Assembly (NCBI GenBank): GCA_963827475.1
Contig: CAWHAZ010000003.1
Span: 32,001-96,000 of the forward strand
Source: an uncultured Chloroflexia bacterium
GTDB lineage: Bacteria > Chloroflexota > Limnocylindria > QHBO01
Direction: 5' to 3'
DNA length: 64,000 nucleotides
Position numbers and translations under genes: made by a program. The notes under the pieces are model-generated. The model was not told the DNA's origin and made no database searches. It saw nothing but the letters and a program-made list of their open reading frames with translations. Position 1 is the first letter of the stretch; every line of letters starts with the position of its first letter. Shown one piece after another: positions 1 through 10,637 of this stretch.

Positions 1-41
1 GAGCGGCCGCCGGCGAAGATGCCGATCCGGCGCCGGGTCAT
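1..41 (-). CDS. ddl: D-alanine--D-alanine ligase, N-terminal fragment (runs off window)
   Basis: ATG at 41 overlaps the murB stop; reads [14 protein letters not shown], matching the Ddl N-terminal 'v.vlfGGrS' motif; expected position after murB. Confidence 0.7.
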   Translation of the reverse strand, partial: MTRRRIGIFAGGR

Positions 42-991
42 GACTCCGGCTCCCAGGCGCCGACGAACTCGATCTCGTACTCGAGCTGGATCCCGGCCGC
101 CTCGTGCACGGTGCTCCGCACCCGGTCGGCCAGCCGTCGGACGTCGGCGGCGCGCCCGTCCCGGTCGGTGACGATGAAGTTCGCGTGCCGGGTGCTGACC
201 GATGCCGTCCCGACCTGCAGGCCCTTCAACCCGGCCGCGTCGATCAGCCGACCGGCGTGGTCGCCCGGCGGATTCCGGAAGACGCTGCCCGCGTTCTGCT
301 CCGCCAGCGGCTGGGTTGCCTGGCGTTGGGCCTGGAATGCGGTGACCCGGCCGGCGACCGCGGCCGTGTCGTCGGGCTCCAGCCGCAGGTCGGCGGAGAT
401 GACGACCGTCGCCTCGTGCTTGAAACGAGACTCTCGATAGCCGAAGGCGCACTCTGCCGGTTGCAACCGGCGGAGGTCACCACTCCGCGGGTCCCAGGTC
501 TCGACCGACGCGAGGCGATCCCCCATCTCGCCGCCGTGGGCTCCGGCGTTGGCCCAGACCGCGCCGCCCACCGTGCCGGGGACGGCAATCCCCCACTCCA
601 GCCCGGTGAGGCCGGCGGCGGCGGCGCGCTTGACGAGGAGGGCCATCGGGGCCCCGGCATCGGCTGTCAGGAGGGCGCCGTCAATGGCGACCGCGCGGGC
701 TCGGTTCCGGATGACGACGCCGCGCACGCCGGCGTCGGCGACGACGAGGTTGCTGCCGTTGCCGATGATGAACCACGGCACCTCCGCCTCACGCGCCGCG
801 GCGAGGACCGCGAGCAGCTCGTCGCGGGATCGAGGCTCCACCAGTCGGTCCGCCGGCCCACCCACGCGGAGGGTGGTCATCGGGGCCAGCGGCGCGTCGG
901 GGCGGACCTCGATCAGGCGATCGGCGGCTACCCGGTCGAAGCGGGCGAGCGCGGCGGCACGGGCGGGATCGATGGAAGCTGACACCGTCAT
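38..991 (-). CDS. murB: UDP-N-acetylenolpyruvoylglucosamine reductase
   Basis: Motifs [53 protein letters not shown]; start MTVSAS at 991 overlaps the murG stop. Confidence 0.95.
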   Translation of the reverse strand: MTVSASIDPARAAALARFDRVAADRLIEVRPDAPLAPMTTLRVGGPADRLVEPRSRDELLAVLAAAREAEVPWFIIGNGSNLVVADAGVRGVVIRNRARAVAIDGALLTADAGAPMALLVKRAAAAGLTGLEWGIAVPGTVGGAVWANAGAHGGEMGDRLASVETWDPRSGDLRRLQPAECAFGYRESRFKHEATVVISADLRLEPDDTAAVAGRVTAFQAQRQATQPLAEQNAGSVFRNPPGDHAGRLIDAAGLKGLQVGTASVSTRHANFIVTDRDGRAADVRRLADRVRSTVHEAAGIQLEYEIEFVGAWEPES

Positions 992-2088
992 GCGGCCGCA
1001 TCCGCCAGGTCGAGAAGGGCGGAGGCCACGTCCCGCGCCGCGTCGGGGCGGCCGAGGCCGCTCGCCGCGGCCGCCATCCGGCCGCGCAGGGCGTCGTCGC
1101 GCAGGGCGGCGACCTCGTCCCGCAGCCGCTCGCCGGTGAGCTCCGCGTCCGCGACAGCCACCGCCGCGCCGTGGTCCGCGAGCCAGGCGGCGTTGGCCGC
1201 CTGGTGGCCATGGGCGTACGGATACGGCACGAGGATGGAGGCCACCCCGACCGCGGCCACCTCGGCGCAGGTGGACGAGCCGGCCCGCCCGAGGACGAGG
1301 TCGGCGGCGACGAGGGTGGCCGCCATCCGATCGGTCAGGAACGGCTCCGGCCGGTAGCGCTCCCGCAACGGTCCCTTGAGTTGATCGCGCGCAACCGTGG
1401 CGGCTTCCATCCCGGCCTCGCCCGCGACGTGGACCACGACCCAGTCCTCGACCAGGGCGGGGAGGGCCTCCTCCAGCGCGGCGGTGAGGCGGGCCACCGC
1501 CTGCGACCCGCCGAAGACGAGGAGCATCCGATCGTCGTCCTCCAGCCCCACAGCCGCGCGGGCGGCCGCGCGGTCCAGCCCGGCGAAGGAACGGATGGGG
1601 GTGCCCGTCACGAACGCCCGCGGGCCAAATGCCTCGGCCGTGGGCGGGAAGGCCACCGCCATCCGGGTGGCGAAGCGCCCGATGGCCCGCGTGGCGCGGC
1701 CCGGCACGACGTTGCCTTCCCACACGATGGTCGGGACCCCGCGCGCCCGCGCGCCCGCCACCAGCGGAACGGCGAGGTAGCCGCCGGTGGAAAAGACGGC
1801 CGCCGGCCGCAGGCGGCCGAGCAGGCGCCAGGCCTGGGGCGTGGCCGCGGCCAGCCTGAGCGGGTCGAGCACGGTGTGGTGGCTCCGGCCGGCGGAGCGC
1901 AGGGAACGGACCGTCAACTGGTGGTACGGCAGATCGCCGGCGTCCCCCACCAGCCGGCGCTCGAAGCCGCGCACACCGCCCACGTACGCGAGCTCAGCGC
2001 CGGGGCGCAGCTCGCGCAGGGCGCTGACGACGGCCAGTGCGGGGTAGATGTGCCCGCCGGTCCCGCCGCCTGAGATCACCAAGCGCAT
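988..2088 (-). CDS. murG: Undecaprenyl-PP-MurNAc-pentapeptide GlcNAc transferase
   Basis: [33 protein letters not shown] motifs. Confidence 0.96.
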   Translation of the reverse strand: MRLVISGGGTGGHIYPALAVVSALRELRPGAELAYVGGVRGFERRLVGDAGDLPYHQLTVRSLRSAGRSHHTVLDPLRLAAATPQAWRLLGRLRPAAVFSTGGYLAVPLVAGARARGVPTIVWEGNVVPGRATRAIGRFATRMAVAFPPTAEAFGPRAFVTGTPIRSFAGLDRAAARAAVGLEDDDRMLLVFGGSQAVARLTAALEEALPALVEDWVVVHVAGEAGMEAATVARDQLKGPLRERYRPEPFLTDRMAATLVAADLVLGRAGSSTCAEVAAVGVASILVPYPYAHGHQAANAAWLADHGAAVAVADAELTGERLRDEVAALRDDALRGRMAAAASGLGRPDAARDVASALLDLADAAA

Positions 2089-3259
2089 CGAGCACCGATC
2101 CTGTCTGAGCCTCGCGACTGATCGAGAGCAGAATCCCGACCGCCACCAGGTTGATGATGAGCGCCGTTCCGCCGTAGCTGATGAACGGCAGGGGGATGCC
2201 CGTGATCGGCCACAGAGCCGTCACGACCATCATGTTGATGGCCGCCTGAGCCACGAGCCAGGTCGTGATCCCCGCCGCCAGCAACCCGGAGAAGGTGTCG
2301 GGCGCATGGATCGCGATCCGATAGCCCTGCCACGCGATGACCAGGAACAGGCACAGGACGATCATCGTCCCGATCAGGCCCCATTCCTCCCCGATGATCG
2401 CGTAGATGAAGTCGGTGGACGGGGCGGGCAGGTACAGATACTTCTGCCGGCTGGCGCCCAGCCCGACCCCGGCCAGGCCCCCCATGGCCAGCGCCATCAG
2501 CGCCTGCATCGTGTTATAGCCCGCCCCCAGCGGGTCCCGTTCGGGGTCGAGGAAGGTGGTGACCCGAGCCAGCTGGTACGGCGTCCGGCTGACGAAGAGG
2601 GCCGCGGCGGCGAGCACCGCTCCACCAACCACGAACAGCCCGGTCAGTCGGGCGCCTGACATGAAGAACACCGCGAACGCCGCCGCGATGTAGATCCCGG
2701 CCGTGCCGAGGTCCGGCTCGAAGAGGATGAGGAGGAAGCCCGGCGCGACGAGCAGCCCGAACGGGATGAGCCCGCCCCGGAATCCGTGCGCCTCCCGGCC
2801 CCGCCGGTCGAGCCAATGCGCGAGATACAGGACGATCGCCAGCTTGGCCACCTCCGCCGGCTGGAAGCGGCCGATGATCGGGATCTCCAGCCAGCGCCGC
2901 GAGCCGCCCGACTCGAACCCGAGGGACGGGACGAGGACCAGCGCCAGCATCGCGATCGCCGCGAAGTAGGCGGGCAACGCGAAGTACCGATAGAGGCGGA
3001 AGTCGATCCGACTGACGATGACCATCGCGGTCAGACCGATGGCCGCGAAGATCGCCTGTGCGATGCCGTACCGCGCCGGGTCATCGCTGGTCAGGAGGGC
3101 GTTGATGCTGGACGCGGAGTAGACCATCACCACGCCGATCGCGACCAGCGACATGACGGCGATGACGAGGGGGAGCGCCACCCGGCGACGCTCCCGCTGA
3201 ACGCCACGGGTCCGAGCCCCCCGGCGGGCGGCCGGGGCTACGCCAACGGCGGTCGTCAC
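1994..3259 (-). CDS. ftsW: SEDS peptidoglycan polymerase FtsW
   Basis: MVYSAS, GSRRW, FQPAEVAK, EPDLGT, TDFIYAIIGEEWG, TGIPLPFISYGG; GTG at 3259 overlaps the murD stop. Confidence 0.95.
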   Translation of the reverse strand: MTTAVGVAPAARRGARTRGVQRERRRVALPLVIAVMSLVAIGVVMVYSASSINALLTSDDPARYGIAQAIFAAIGLTAMVIVSRIDFRLYRYFALPAYFAAIAMLALVLVPSLGFESGGSRRWLEIPIIGRFQPAEVAKLAIVLYLAHWLDRRGREAHGFRGGLIPFGLLVAPGFLLILFEPDLGTAGIYIAAAFAVFFMSGARLTGLFVVGGAVLAAAALFVSRTPYQLARVTTFLDPERDPLGAGYNTMQALMALAMGGLAGVGLGASRQKYLYLPAPSTDFIYAIIGEEWGLIGTMIVLCLFLVIAWQGYRIAIHAPDTFSGLLAAGITTWLVAQAAINMMVVTALWPITGIPLPFISYGGTALIINLVAVGILLSISREAQTGSVLDALGDLRRRDRRAHLPRTGRRQRPARAAPRR

Positions 3260-4695
3260 GAACGCTCCTCCCCGCTCGGCAGGCTCGCGACCGCCGCCCG
3301 GAACGCATCGCCGCGAGCCGCGTAGTCCACGAACATGTCGAAGCTGGCCGCCGCCGGCGCGAGGAGGACCACGTCCCCGGCCCGCGCCGCCCCGGTCGCC
3401 GCGGTGACGGCATCGTCCATGGAGCCGGCCCGCAGGACCGGGACGCGGCCGTCGACCAGGCGCTCGAGCTCTTCGGCCGTCTCCCCGATGAGGACCGCTG
3501 CCCGACACCGCTCCGCGATCGCATCGGCGAAGGTGTCGTAGGCCAGACCCTTGCCCTGGCCGCCGGCGATGACCACCAGCCCACGGTCGCCGAACGCCTC
3601 CAGGGCCGCGATGGCCGCGATCGGGATGGTGGCCTGCGAGTCGTTCACGTACTCGATGCCGGCGCGCGTCCCGAGCGGCTCGAGGCGATGCGGCACACCG
3701 CCAAAGCTGCGGATGCCGGCGGCCACGGCCGTCGTGTTCGCCCCCGCCAGGCGGGACGCGACCGCAGCGGCGAGGACGTCGCGCAGGAGGTGCTCACCGC
3801 GCAGCGGCACCTGGTCGCGAGGGAGGACACGCTCCCCGCCGACCACGACCCAGCCATCCTCGACCCAGGCGTCGGCGCCGGGACGGGACTCGAGCCCGTA
3901 CCAGTGGACCCGGGCGTCGGGCAGCGAGCCGGCGATCGCCACGCAGCCGGGGTCGTCCCGGTTGAGGACCAGTGCCCCGTCGGCGGCCGAGAGCTCGGCC
4001 AGGCGCCGCTTCACGGCCCGGTAGGCGTCCACGCTGCCGTGGCGGTCGAGGTGGTCGGCAAGGACGTTGGTGTAGACCGCGATGTCGGCCCCCCGGCTCA
4101 GCGTCGGGAGCTGGAGCTCGGAGAGCTCGAGCACGGCCCAGGTCCGGCGACTCAGCCGGTCGGCCTCCTCGATGAGCGGGACGCCGATGTTGCCTCCCAG
4201 CCGATGCGGCACCCGCGCGGCGGCGAGCATCGAGGCGACCAGGGACGCCGTGGTCGTCTTCCCCTTGGTCCCGGTCACGGCGAGCACCTGGGCTCGGGTC
4301 AGGCGCAGGAACAGGTCAACCTCGCCGACGATCGGCGTGCCGGCTGCCTCGGCATCGGTCAGCGCTTCGCGAAGCCACGGATCGGTGGTCGGGAAGCGGG
4401 ATGACACCGACGGGCTGGTGACCACCAGGTCGGCCTCGGCCAGCAGGGCGCGCACGCGCTCCGGCTCGGCCGCGGCGACCACCGTCACCGGTCGATCCTC
4501 GAGGGCGGCGACCGCGTCGGCCAGATCGGATGCGGGCCGCCGGTCGTAGACCGTCACGACCGCCCCGGCGTCCGCCAGGAATCGGGCGGCGGCGATGCCG
4601 GACCGGGCGAAACCGAGGACCAGCGCCTGCCGGCCGGCCAGGTCCGCGCGACTGGAGGGGAGGGCGCGGCTGGTGGGTGGCGTTGACATCGGCAT
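3256..4695 (-). CDS. murD: UDP-MurNAc-L-Ala--D-Glu ligase
   Basis: VLGFARSG, VTGTKGKTTT, GGNIG, ELSELQL, DHLDRH, HRLE, VNDSQAT, LLAPAAASFDMF; start at 4695 or 4689. Confidence 0.95.
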   Translation of the reverse strand: MPMSTPPTSRALPSSRADLAGRQALVLGFARSGIAAARFLADAGAVVTVYDRRPASDLADAVAALEDRPVTVVAAAEPERVRALLAEADLVVTSPSVSSRFPTTDPWLREALTDAEAAGTPIVGEVDLFLRLTRAQVLAVTGTKGKTTTASLVASMLAAARVPHRLGGNIGVPLIEEADRLSRRTWAVLELSELQLPTLSRGADIAVYTNVLADHLDRHGSVDAYRAVKRRLAELSAADGALVLNRDDPGCVAIAGSLPDARVHWYGLESRPGADAWVEDGWVVVGGERVLPRDQVPLRGEHLLRDVLAAAVASRLAGANTTAVAAGIRSFGGVPHRLEPLGTRAGIEYVNDSQATIPIAAIAALEAFGDRGLVVIAGGQGKGLAYDTFADAIAERCRAAVLIGETAEELERLVDGRVPVLRAGSMDDAVTAATGAARAGDVVLLAPAAASFDMFVDYAARGDAFRAAVASLPSGEERS

Positions 4696-5675
4696 CACGA
4701 CAACCCGGTCGAGGCCAGGAACAGGCTGACGCCGAGCAGCGCAGCCAGGGCAGCGACGATCCAGAAGCGGAGGGTGATCTTCGTCTCCGCCCAACCGAGC
4801 AGCTCGAAATGGTGCTGGAGGGGGGCCATCCGGAAGATCCGCTTGCCGCGGGTCTTGTAGGACGCGACCTGGAGGATGACCGATACCGTCACGGCCACGA
4901 AGACGATGCCGATGATCACGAGCAGGAGCAGCTGGCCGGTGATCGTCGCCACCACCGCCAGCGTCGCGCCCAGCGAGAGCGCCCCCGCGTCGCCCATGAA
5001 GATCTGGGCCGGGTGGACGTTGAACCACAGGAACCCGAGCAAAGCGCCGATGAGCAGCGCGCAGAACACGGCGAGGTTCGGCTGGGACAGCTTCTGGCCC
5101 GGGACCTCGACCAGGGCGATCAGCAGGTAGGCGACGAAGCTGAAGACGAGGACGCCGGAGGCCAGGCCGTCGAGGCCGTCGGTCAGGTTGACCGCGTTGG
5201 ACATGGCCACGATGGCGAAGGCCACGAAGACGATGACCGCCACGGCCCCGACGGCCAGCTCGCCGAGGAGGGGGACGTTGATGGCGGTGATGTCGAAGTG
5301 GCGCTGGATGTAGACCGCGGCCAGGATGCCGACCACCGTCTGCCAGACGAGCTTGTAGCGGCCCCGCACGCCGAAGCCGGTGCGGACGTTCACGTAGTCG
5401 TCGATGGCACCGAGGATGCCAACCCCGACCAGGGTCAGCATGGGGGTCAGGGTGCTGACGTCCTCGAGGCGCATGGCCATGGCCAGGAACATCACGACCA
5501 GCACGATGAGCATCCCGCCGAGGGTCGGCGTCCCGGCCTTGATCGCGTGGCTCGCCGGCCCCTCCGCCCGGATGGACTTGCCGAAGCCGAGCCGCTGGAG
5601 GAGGCGGATGTAGATCGGGCCGAGCAACACCATGCCGCCGAAGGCGAGGAGGATGGCGAGGAGGAGCGAGACCAT
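4695..5675 (-). CDS. mraY: Phospho-N-acetylmuramoyl-pentapeptide transferase
   Basis: KAGTPTLGG, GAIDDY, NAVNLTDGLDGLA, IFMGDAG, MAPLQHHFEL. Confidence 0.97.
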   Translation of the reverse strand: MVSLLLAILLAFGGMVLLGPIYIRLLQRLGFGKSIRAEGPASHAIKAGTPTLGGMLIVLVVMFLAMAMRLEDVSTLTPMLTLVGVGILGAIDDYVNVRTGFGVRGRYKLVWQTVVGILAAVYIQRHFDITAINVPLLGELAVGAVAVIVFVAFAIVAMSNAVNLTDGLDGLASGVLVFSFVAYLLIALVEVPGQKLSQPNLAVFCALLIGALLGFLWFNVHPAQIFMGDAGALSLGATLAVVATITGQLLLLVIIGIVFVAVTVSVILQVASYKTRGKRIFRMAPLQHHFELLGWAETKITLRFWIVAALAALLGVSLFLASTGLS

Positions 5676-5678
5676 TGG

Positions 5679-7124
5679 TCAGTGCTCCTCGTCGTCGCGG
5701 CCGGTGAGCGCCGCCACCAGCCGGTCGAGCGCGATGCCGCGCGAGCCCTTGACCAGCAGCACGTCGCCGGCGGTCGGGCTCAGGATCTGATCGACCACGG
5801 CCAGTGCGGCGTCGGCGTCCGGGGCAGTGGCCACCGGCGCCAGGCCCGCGGCCCTGGCGGCCTCCGCGATCCACGCTCCCCGCTCCCCGACCGCCACCAG
5901 TCCGTCGAGGACAGCGGCGGCTTCGACGCCGATCCGCTCATGCAGGGCGCGCTCGTCCGGGCCGAGCTCGAGCATGTCGCCGAGGACCGCGAGCCTTCGG
6001 CCGCTGCCGACCGGCGTCTCGGCGAGGAACGCGAGAGCGGCAGAGACCGACACCGGCGACGCGTTGTACGTGTCGTCGACGAGCGTGGCTCCCCCGGGGA
6101 GCTCCTCGATCGCCATCCGGTGCGGGGCGCGGCTGCCGGCCTCCAGCGCGGCCGCGACCTCGGCCAGCGGGACGGCGAAGTGCTCCGCCACCGCGGCCGC
6201 GGCCAGCGCGTGCGGCACGAGGTGTCGTCCGGGAGCAGCGCTCCGGACCCGTCGGCTGCCCCACGGGGCGACGAGGGTGAAGGTGACCCCGTCCACACCC
6301 TCCGAGACGAGGTCCGTGGCCCGCACGTCCGCCCCCTCGCCGAGGCCGAACGTCCGCACCGCAGCCGGCGTCCCGGCGGCCATGGCCGCCACTCGCGGGT
6401 CGTCCGCGTTCAGGACGGCGAGGCCGTCGCTCGGCAGTCCCCGCGGCAGCTCCGACTTGGCTTCGGCGATCCGCTCCAGGCTTCCGGCTCGCTCGAGGTG
6501 CGTGGGATGGACCGCCAAGACCACGCCGACCTCGGGCCGGCTGATCTCCACCAGGCGGCTGATCTCCCCGACCGTGTACATCCCCATCTCGAGGACGGCG
6601 ACCTGGTGCCCCGGCTCGAGATGGAGGAGGGTCATCGGCAGGCCGGTCTCCGAGTTCAGGTTGCCCTCGTTGCGCAGGACGGACAGGGTCCGGGCCAGCA
6701 CATCGGCGGTGACCTCCTTGGCCAGGGTCTTTCCGGTCGACCCGGTGATCCCCACCACCCGAACGGCGAAGCGGTCCCGCCACCAGGCCGCGAGGTCCTG
6801 GAAGGCCCGGAGGCTGTCGGCGACGCGGACGACGGCCGCATCGGTTCCCGCCGGGAGGCTGACCTCGCGTTCGACGAGCGCGGCCACGGCGCCGGCGGCC
6901 AGGGCGTCGGAAACGAAACGGTGGCCGTCGGTCCGCTCACCGGGGAGCGCCACGAACAGCGTCCCGGGCGTGACCTTCCGGGAATCGACGACGGCAAGGC
7001 GGAAGGACCGGACTGTGGTCGGGGCCTGCAGCCGGCCGCCGGTGGCGGCCAGCAGGTCGTCAATGCGGATCGGCGCGGGCACGCGGTTTCCTGCGGCGTT
7101 CGGCGGCGAGTCTATCAGCCTCAT
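5679..7124 (-). CDS. murF: UDP-MurNAc-tripeptide--D-Ala-D-Ala ligase
   Basis: DSRKV, DGHRF, GITGSTGKT, GNLNSETGLP, LEMGM, DDTYNASP, LGDMLELG, VKGSRG. Confidence 0.95.
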   Translation of the reverse strand: MRLIDSPPNAAGNRVPAPIRIDDLLAATGGRLQAPTTVRSFRLAVVDSRKVTPGTLFVALPGERTDGHRFVSDALAAGAVAALVEREVSLPAGTDAAVVRVADSLRAFQDLAAWWRDRFAVRVVGITGSTGKTLAKEVTADVLARTLSVLRNEGNLNSETGLPMTLLHLEPGHQVAVLEMGMYTVGEISRLVEISRPEVGVVLAVHPTHLERAGSLERIAEAKSELPRGLPSDGLAVLNADDPRVAAMAAGTPAAVRTFGLGEGADVRATDLVSEGVDGVTFTLVAPWGSRRVRSAAPGRHLVPHALAAAAVAEHFAVPLAEVAAALEAGSRAPHRMAIEELPGGATLVDDTYNASPVSVSAALAFLAETPVGSGRRLAVLGDMLELGPDERALHERIGVEAAAVLDGLVAVGERGAWIAEAARAAGLAPVATAPDADAALAVVDQILSPTAGDVLLVKGSRGIALDRLVAALTGRDDEEH

Positions 7125-8935
7125 GGGTGCGCCACGCCCGGCGCGGCTCGGTCCGGCGGGATGCCGAAGTAGTCGAAGACCAGGGGCGCCAGCTGGGAGA
7201 AGGCGACGTCCGACCGCTCACCGATTCCGGATCGACTCACCGCCGGGCGGTGGATGAGGATCATCATCACGAACCGGGGGTTCGAGGCCGGCGCGATCCC
7301 GATGAAGCTCGAGTCGATCCAGCCCTCGATGTAGGCCTGCCGGGTGATCTCCTCGTAGACCGGCTGCCCGCTGGCATCGGTACCGGTCTGGACCGTGACG
7401 GTGACCGGGCCCGCGACCTGGGCCGTTCCGGTCTTGCCGGCAATCGAGTAGCCGGGCACCGCGGCCGCGCTGGCGATGCCGTTGTCGATGGCTCCGGTGA
7501 GCATCTCGAGCACGGTGGCGGCCGTCTCGGGCTCCATGACCTGCTCGGGCTCGGGGAGCGGGCGCGGGGTGAATGCCCCGTCGCCGTCGGTCCAGCCGGC
7601 CACGACGTGGGGGGTGACCAGCTCCCCGCCGTTGGCGATGGCGGCGTAGGCGGCCGCCATCTGGAGAACGGTGACCGAGAGGCCCTGCCCGAACGCGTTC
7701 TGGGCGGTCGTGACCTCCTTCGCCGCGCCCGGGTCGTCGGGGTGGTGCACGACCCCGGTCGCCTCGCCGGCAATGTCCACCCCGGTCGGCTGCCCGAACC
7801 CATAGCGCAGCAACGCGTCGTACAGGCGCTGCCCGCCGAGGGTCAGCCCGATGGTGGCCGCTCCCACGTTGTTCGACATGGCGAGGACCTGGGCCGGGGT
7901 GATCAGGCCGTGGCCGTTCGGGTACCACTCGCGGTCCGCGTTGCTGATCGTGACGTCGTAGACCTTGAGCTTGTTGTCGTCGAGGAACAGGTCGGTCGGG
8001 GTGATCGCCCCCGCGTCGAGCGCGGCCGCCACGGTCATCGCCTTGAGCACCGATCCGGGCTCGTACTGGCGGCTGACCGCCGGGCTCGAGAACAGCGCCG
8101 GGTCGGTCGTGGGGTAGGCGTTGGCGTCGAAGGTCGGGACCGAGGCGAGGGCGAGGATGGCCCCGCTGTGGACGTCCATGACCAGGCCGGTCACGCCCTT
8201 GGCCTTGTTCCGGGTGTAGTTGTCGAGCATCTGCTCCTCGAGCAGATGCTGGAGCCCGGCATCGATGGTGAGCGTGACGTCAGCGCCGTTCACCGCCGCC
8301 TCCAGCTCGTGGACCGATCCGGCGATGAGCCGGCCGGCGACGTCCTCCTGGGCCACGACGGAGCCGGGCGTGCCGGCCAGGACCGCGTCCTCCGCTCCCT
8401 CGACGCCGTACTGACCGACTCCGTCGACGTTCACGAAACCGAGGACCTGGGCGCCGAGCGTGGTCCCGGGCACCGCACCGTTCATGGTGTAGACCCGGCG
8501 CGGCTCGGTGACCAGTCCGATTCCCGGCAGGCTCAGGGCCCGCACCCGGGTGGCGGTTTCGGGGCTGACCCGGCGGCTGAGCCATGTCCACGCGGCATCG
8601 CTGGCGAGCGTGGCCTCCAGCTGGGCTGGGTCGGCCCCCAGGACCGCGCCGAGCATGCGCGCCGCGCGCGCGGGATCGGTGACGGTCGGCGGGGTCGCGA
8701 ACACCGACTCCGTGGTGAGCGATGTGGCCAGGATCAGGCCCTCGCGGTCATAGATGAGGCCGCGGGCCGCGGGGATCTGCTGCACGTGGGCCAGCTGCGC
8801 GAGGCCCATGTCCGCCAGCCGCTCCCGGTCGATGACCTGCCACCACACGAGCCGGTAGCCGATCAGGCCGGCGACGAGGGTCACGACGACCAACATCACC
8901 ACCGCCCGGACTCGACTGTCGGTTCTGGCAAGCAT
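7121..8935 (-). CDS. ftsI: Class B penicillin-binding protein (FtsI/PBP3-like)
   Basis: N-terminal TM, RGLIYDR, SxxK (PGSVLK), SNN, KTGT; position in dcw cluster. Confidence 0.92.
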   Translation of the reverse strand: MLARTDSRVRAVVMLVVVTLVAGLIGYRLVWWQVIDRERLADMGLAQLAHVQQIPAARGLIYDREGLILATSLTTESVFATPPTVTDPARAARMLGAVLGADPAQLEATLASDAAWTWLSRRVSPETATRVRALSLPGIGLVTEPRRVYTMNGAVPGTTLGAQVLGFVNVDGVGQYGVEGAEDAVLAGTPGSVVAQEDVAGRLIAGSVHELEAAVNGADVTLTIDAGLQHLLEEQMLDNYTRNKAKGVTGLVMDVHSGAILALASVPTFDANAYPTTDPALFSSPAVSRQYEPGSVLKAMTVAAALDAGAITPTDLFLDDNKLKVYDVTISNADREWYPNGHGLITPAQVLAMSNNVGAATIGLTLGGQRLYDALLRYGFGQPTGVDIAGEATGVVHHPDDPGAAKEVTTAQNAFGQGLSVTVLQMAAAYAAIANGGELVTPHVVAGWTDGDGAFTPRPLPEPEQVMEPETAATVLEMLTGAIDNGIASAAAVPGYSIAGKTGTAQVAGPVTVTVQTGTDASGQPVYEEITRQAYIEGWIDSSFIGIAPASNPRFVMMILIHRPAVSRSGIGERSDVAFSQLAPLVFDYFGIPPDRAAPGVAHP

Positions 8936-8970
8936 TGGCAGCTCCGGGTCGCGCGCCGGGCGAGCGACGG

Positions 8971-9387
8971 TTACGGGTGGTGGTCAGACGATGGGCTGGC
9001 GAAGTGGACCGATTCGTCCGGAAGAGGCGTCAGGCCGAGCGCGGCGGCCCGCGCCTCGATGGTGGCCGGCGACTGCGCCTGGCCGATCTGGAGGAGGAGC
9101 GCCTGGCGCTCCGCCTCCAGCAGCTCGAGCTGGGCTTCGAGCCGCTGGATCTGGTAGCCGGTGCTGGCGATCCGGCTGGACTGGGTCAGGTACAGCCCGC
9201 CCAGCAGGGCGGACACGACGATCACGACCAGCGCCAGCGACAGGCCAGCGGCGCGGCGCCGGGAAGAGGCGCGACGGAGCCGGTAGCCACGGGCCGACCG
9301 CGCGCTGCGCGTGTTGCGCAGCGGGCGCCGGAATCCCCAGTCGATGTCCCCCAGGACACCGGCTGGGCGAGCGCCAATGGCGGCCAT
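8971..9387 (-). CDS. ftsL: FtsL-like septation protein
   Basis: Basic cytoplasmic N-terminus, one TM helix, coiled coil, then SPATIEARAAALGL; lies between rsmH and ftsI. Confidence 0.7.
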   Translation of the reverse strand: MAAIGARPAGVLGDIDWGFRRPLRNTRSARSARGYRLRRASSRRRAAGLSLALVVIVVSALLGGLYLTQSSRIASTGYQIQRLEAQLELLEAERQALLLQIGQAQSPATIEARAAALGLTPLPDESVHFASPSSDHHP

Positions 9388-9399
9388 GGCAGCGGCGGC

Positions 9400-9594
9400 T
9401 CAGGCGGCCGCGGGACGGCCCTGCAGACGCAGGGTCCAGGATGGCGGCGGCTCTTCGGCAACCGGCTCTTCCTCGATCGCGGCCCAGTCGGCGGGCTCGC
9501 GTTCGACCCGGAGCCGGCGCTCGCGGATCTCCCGCTGGCGGGCGTTGTACGCCCGGCGGCGGCTGCCGTGGTGACGTGGACGACCTCGACTCAT
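9400..9594 (-). CDS. Small hypothetical protein (64 aa; Arg-rich N-terminus, acidic C-terminal half)
   Basis: ATGA overlap with the rsmH stop; fills the rsmH-ftsL gap. Confidence 0.55.
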   Translation of the reverse strand: MSRGRPRHHGSRRRAYNARQREIRERRLRVEREPADWAAIEEEPVAEEPPPSWTLRLQGRPAAA

Positions 9595-10544
9595 GTGCTC
9601 AACCCTCCTGTCATCTCCGCGACCCGCAGCCGCGCGCTCCGCGCGCGGCGGTTTCGTGCCACCTCCGCCTCCGACGGGCGGATCGCCCGACGCGAGGCCA
9701 GCCGCACCCGGGCCGTGTGGCCACAGGTGCAGACCGGGGGCAGTGGGACCTCGAGACAGTCACGCGCCTCGCGAGCCAGGAAGCGCTTGACGATGCGGTC
9801 CTCCCCGGAGTGGTAGCTGATCACCGCCAGCCGGCCCCCGGGCCGGAGGACGGCGAGTGCCGCTTCCAGACCTTCCTCGAGGACCTCGAGCTCGCGGTTG
9901 ACCGCGATCCGGAGGGCCTGGAAGGTCCTGGTGGCCGGGTGGATCCGTCCTGCATCGGCCCCCCTGGCCGGGACGGTTTCGGCCACCACGGCCGCCAGGT
10001 CGGCCGCCGTCATGAGACGGCCCGACGTACGCGCCGCCACGATCGCCTTCGCGATGCGGCCTGCACGGCGTTCTTCACCAAGCGTCGAGAGGATTCGGGC
10101 GAGCTCTCGCTCCGAGGAGCGGTCGATGAGCTCGAGAGCCGAAACACCACTCGTTTCATCGAATCTCATGTCCGGCGGCGCGTCCGCCGTGAAGGCGAAG
10201 CCGCGCCGCGCGTCGGCGAGCTGGTAGCTCGACAGGCCAAGGTCGAACAGGACGCCGTCGAGGGGGACCATGCCCTCGGCGCGGGCCACGTCTTCGAGGC
10301 GGGTGAAGTTCGCGTGGCGGATGACCGCCCGCTCCCCGAACCGGGCCAGGACGCGGGACGCCTCTCGGACGGCCGCCGCATCGGCATCGAGGCCGAGGAG
10401 GCGGCCGTCCGGAGACACGGCCTCCAGGAGCCGCTCGGCGTGCCCACCGCCACCGACCGTGCAGTCTGCGATGGAGCTGCCGGCACGGAGGGCCAACGAG
10501 GCGAGAACCTCGTCGACGAGGACCGGCAGATGCCCTTCTCCCAT
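9591..10544 (-). CDS. rsmH: 16S rRNA m4C1402 methyltransferase
   Basis: HLPVL, DCTVGGGGHA, DLGLSSYQL, HPATRTFQALRIAVN, ISYHSGEDRIVK, RSARLR. Confidence 0.97.
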   Translation of the reverse strand: MGEGHLPVLVDEVLASLALRAGSSIADCTVGGGGHAERLLEAVSPDGRLLGLDADAAAVREASRVLARFGERAVIRHANFTRLEDVARAEGMVPLDGVLFDLGLSSYQLADARRGFAFTADAPPDMRFDETSGVSALELIDRSSERELARILSTLGEERRAGRIAKAIVAARTSGRLMTAADLAAVVAETVPARGADAGRIHPATRTFQALRIAVNRELEVLEEGLEAALAVLRPGGRLAVISYHSGEDRIVKRFLAREARDCLEVPLPPVCTCGHTARVRLASRRAIRPSEAEVARNRRARSARLRVAEMTGGLST

Positions 10545-10637
10545 TCGCGACTGTCCCTCATGGGTCCGGTGACGGGCCGAGCGGCCCGGAGACGCATGAA
10601 TGGCCGGGTCGTGACGTGCGTCATGGCGTCACGGGGC

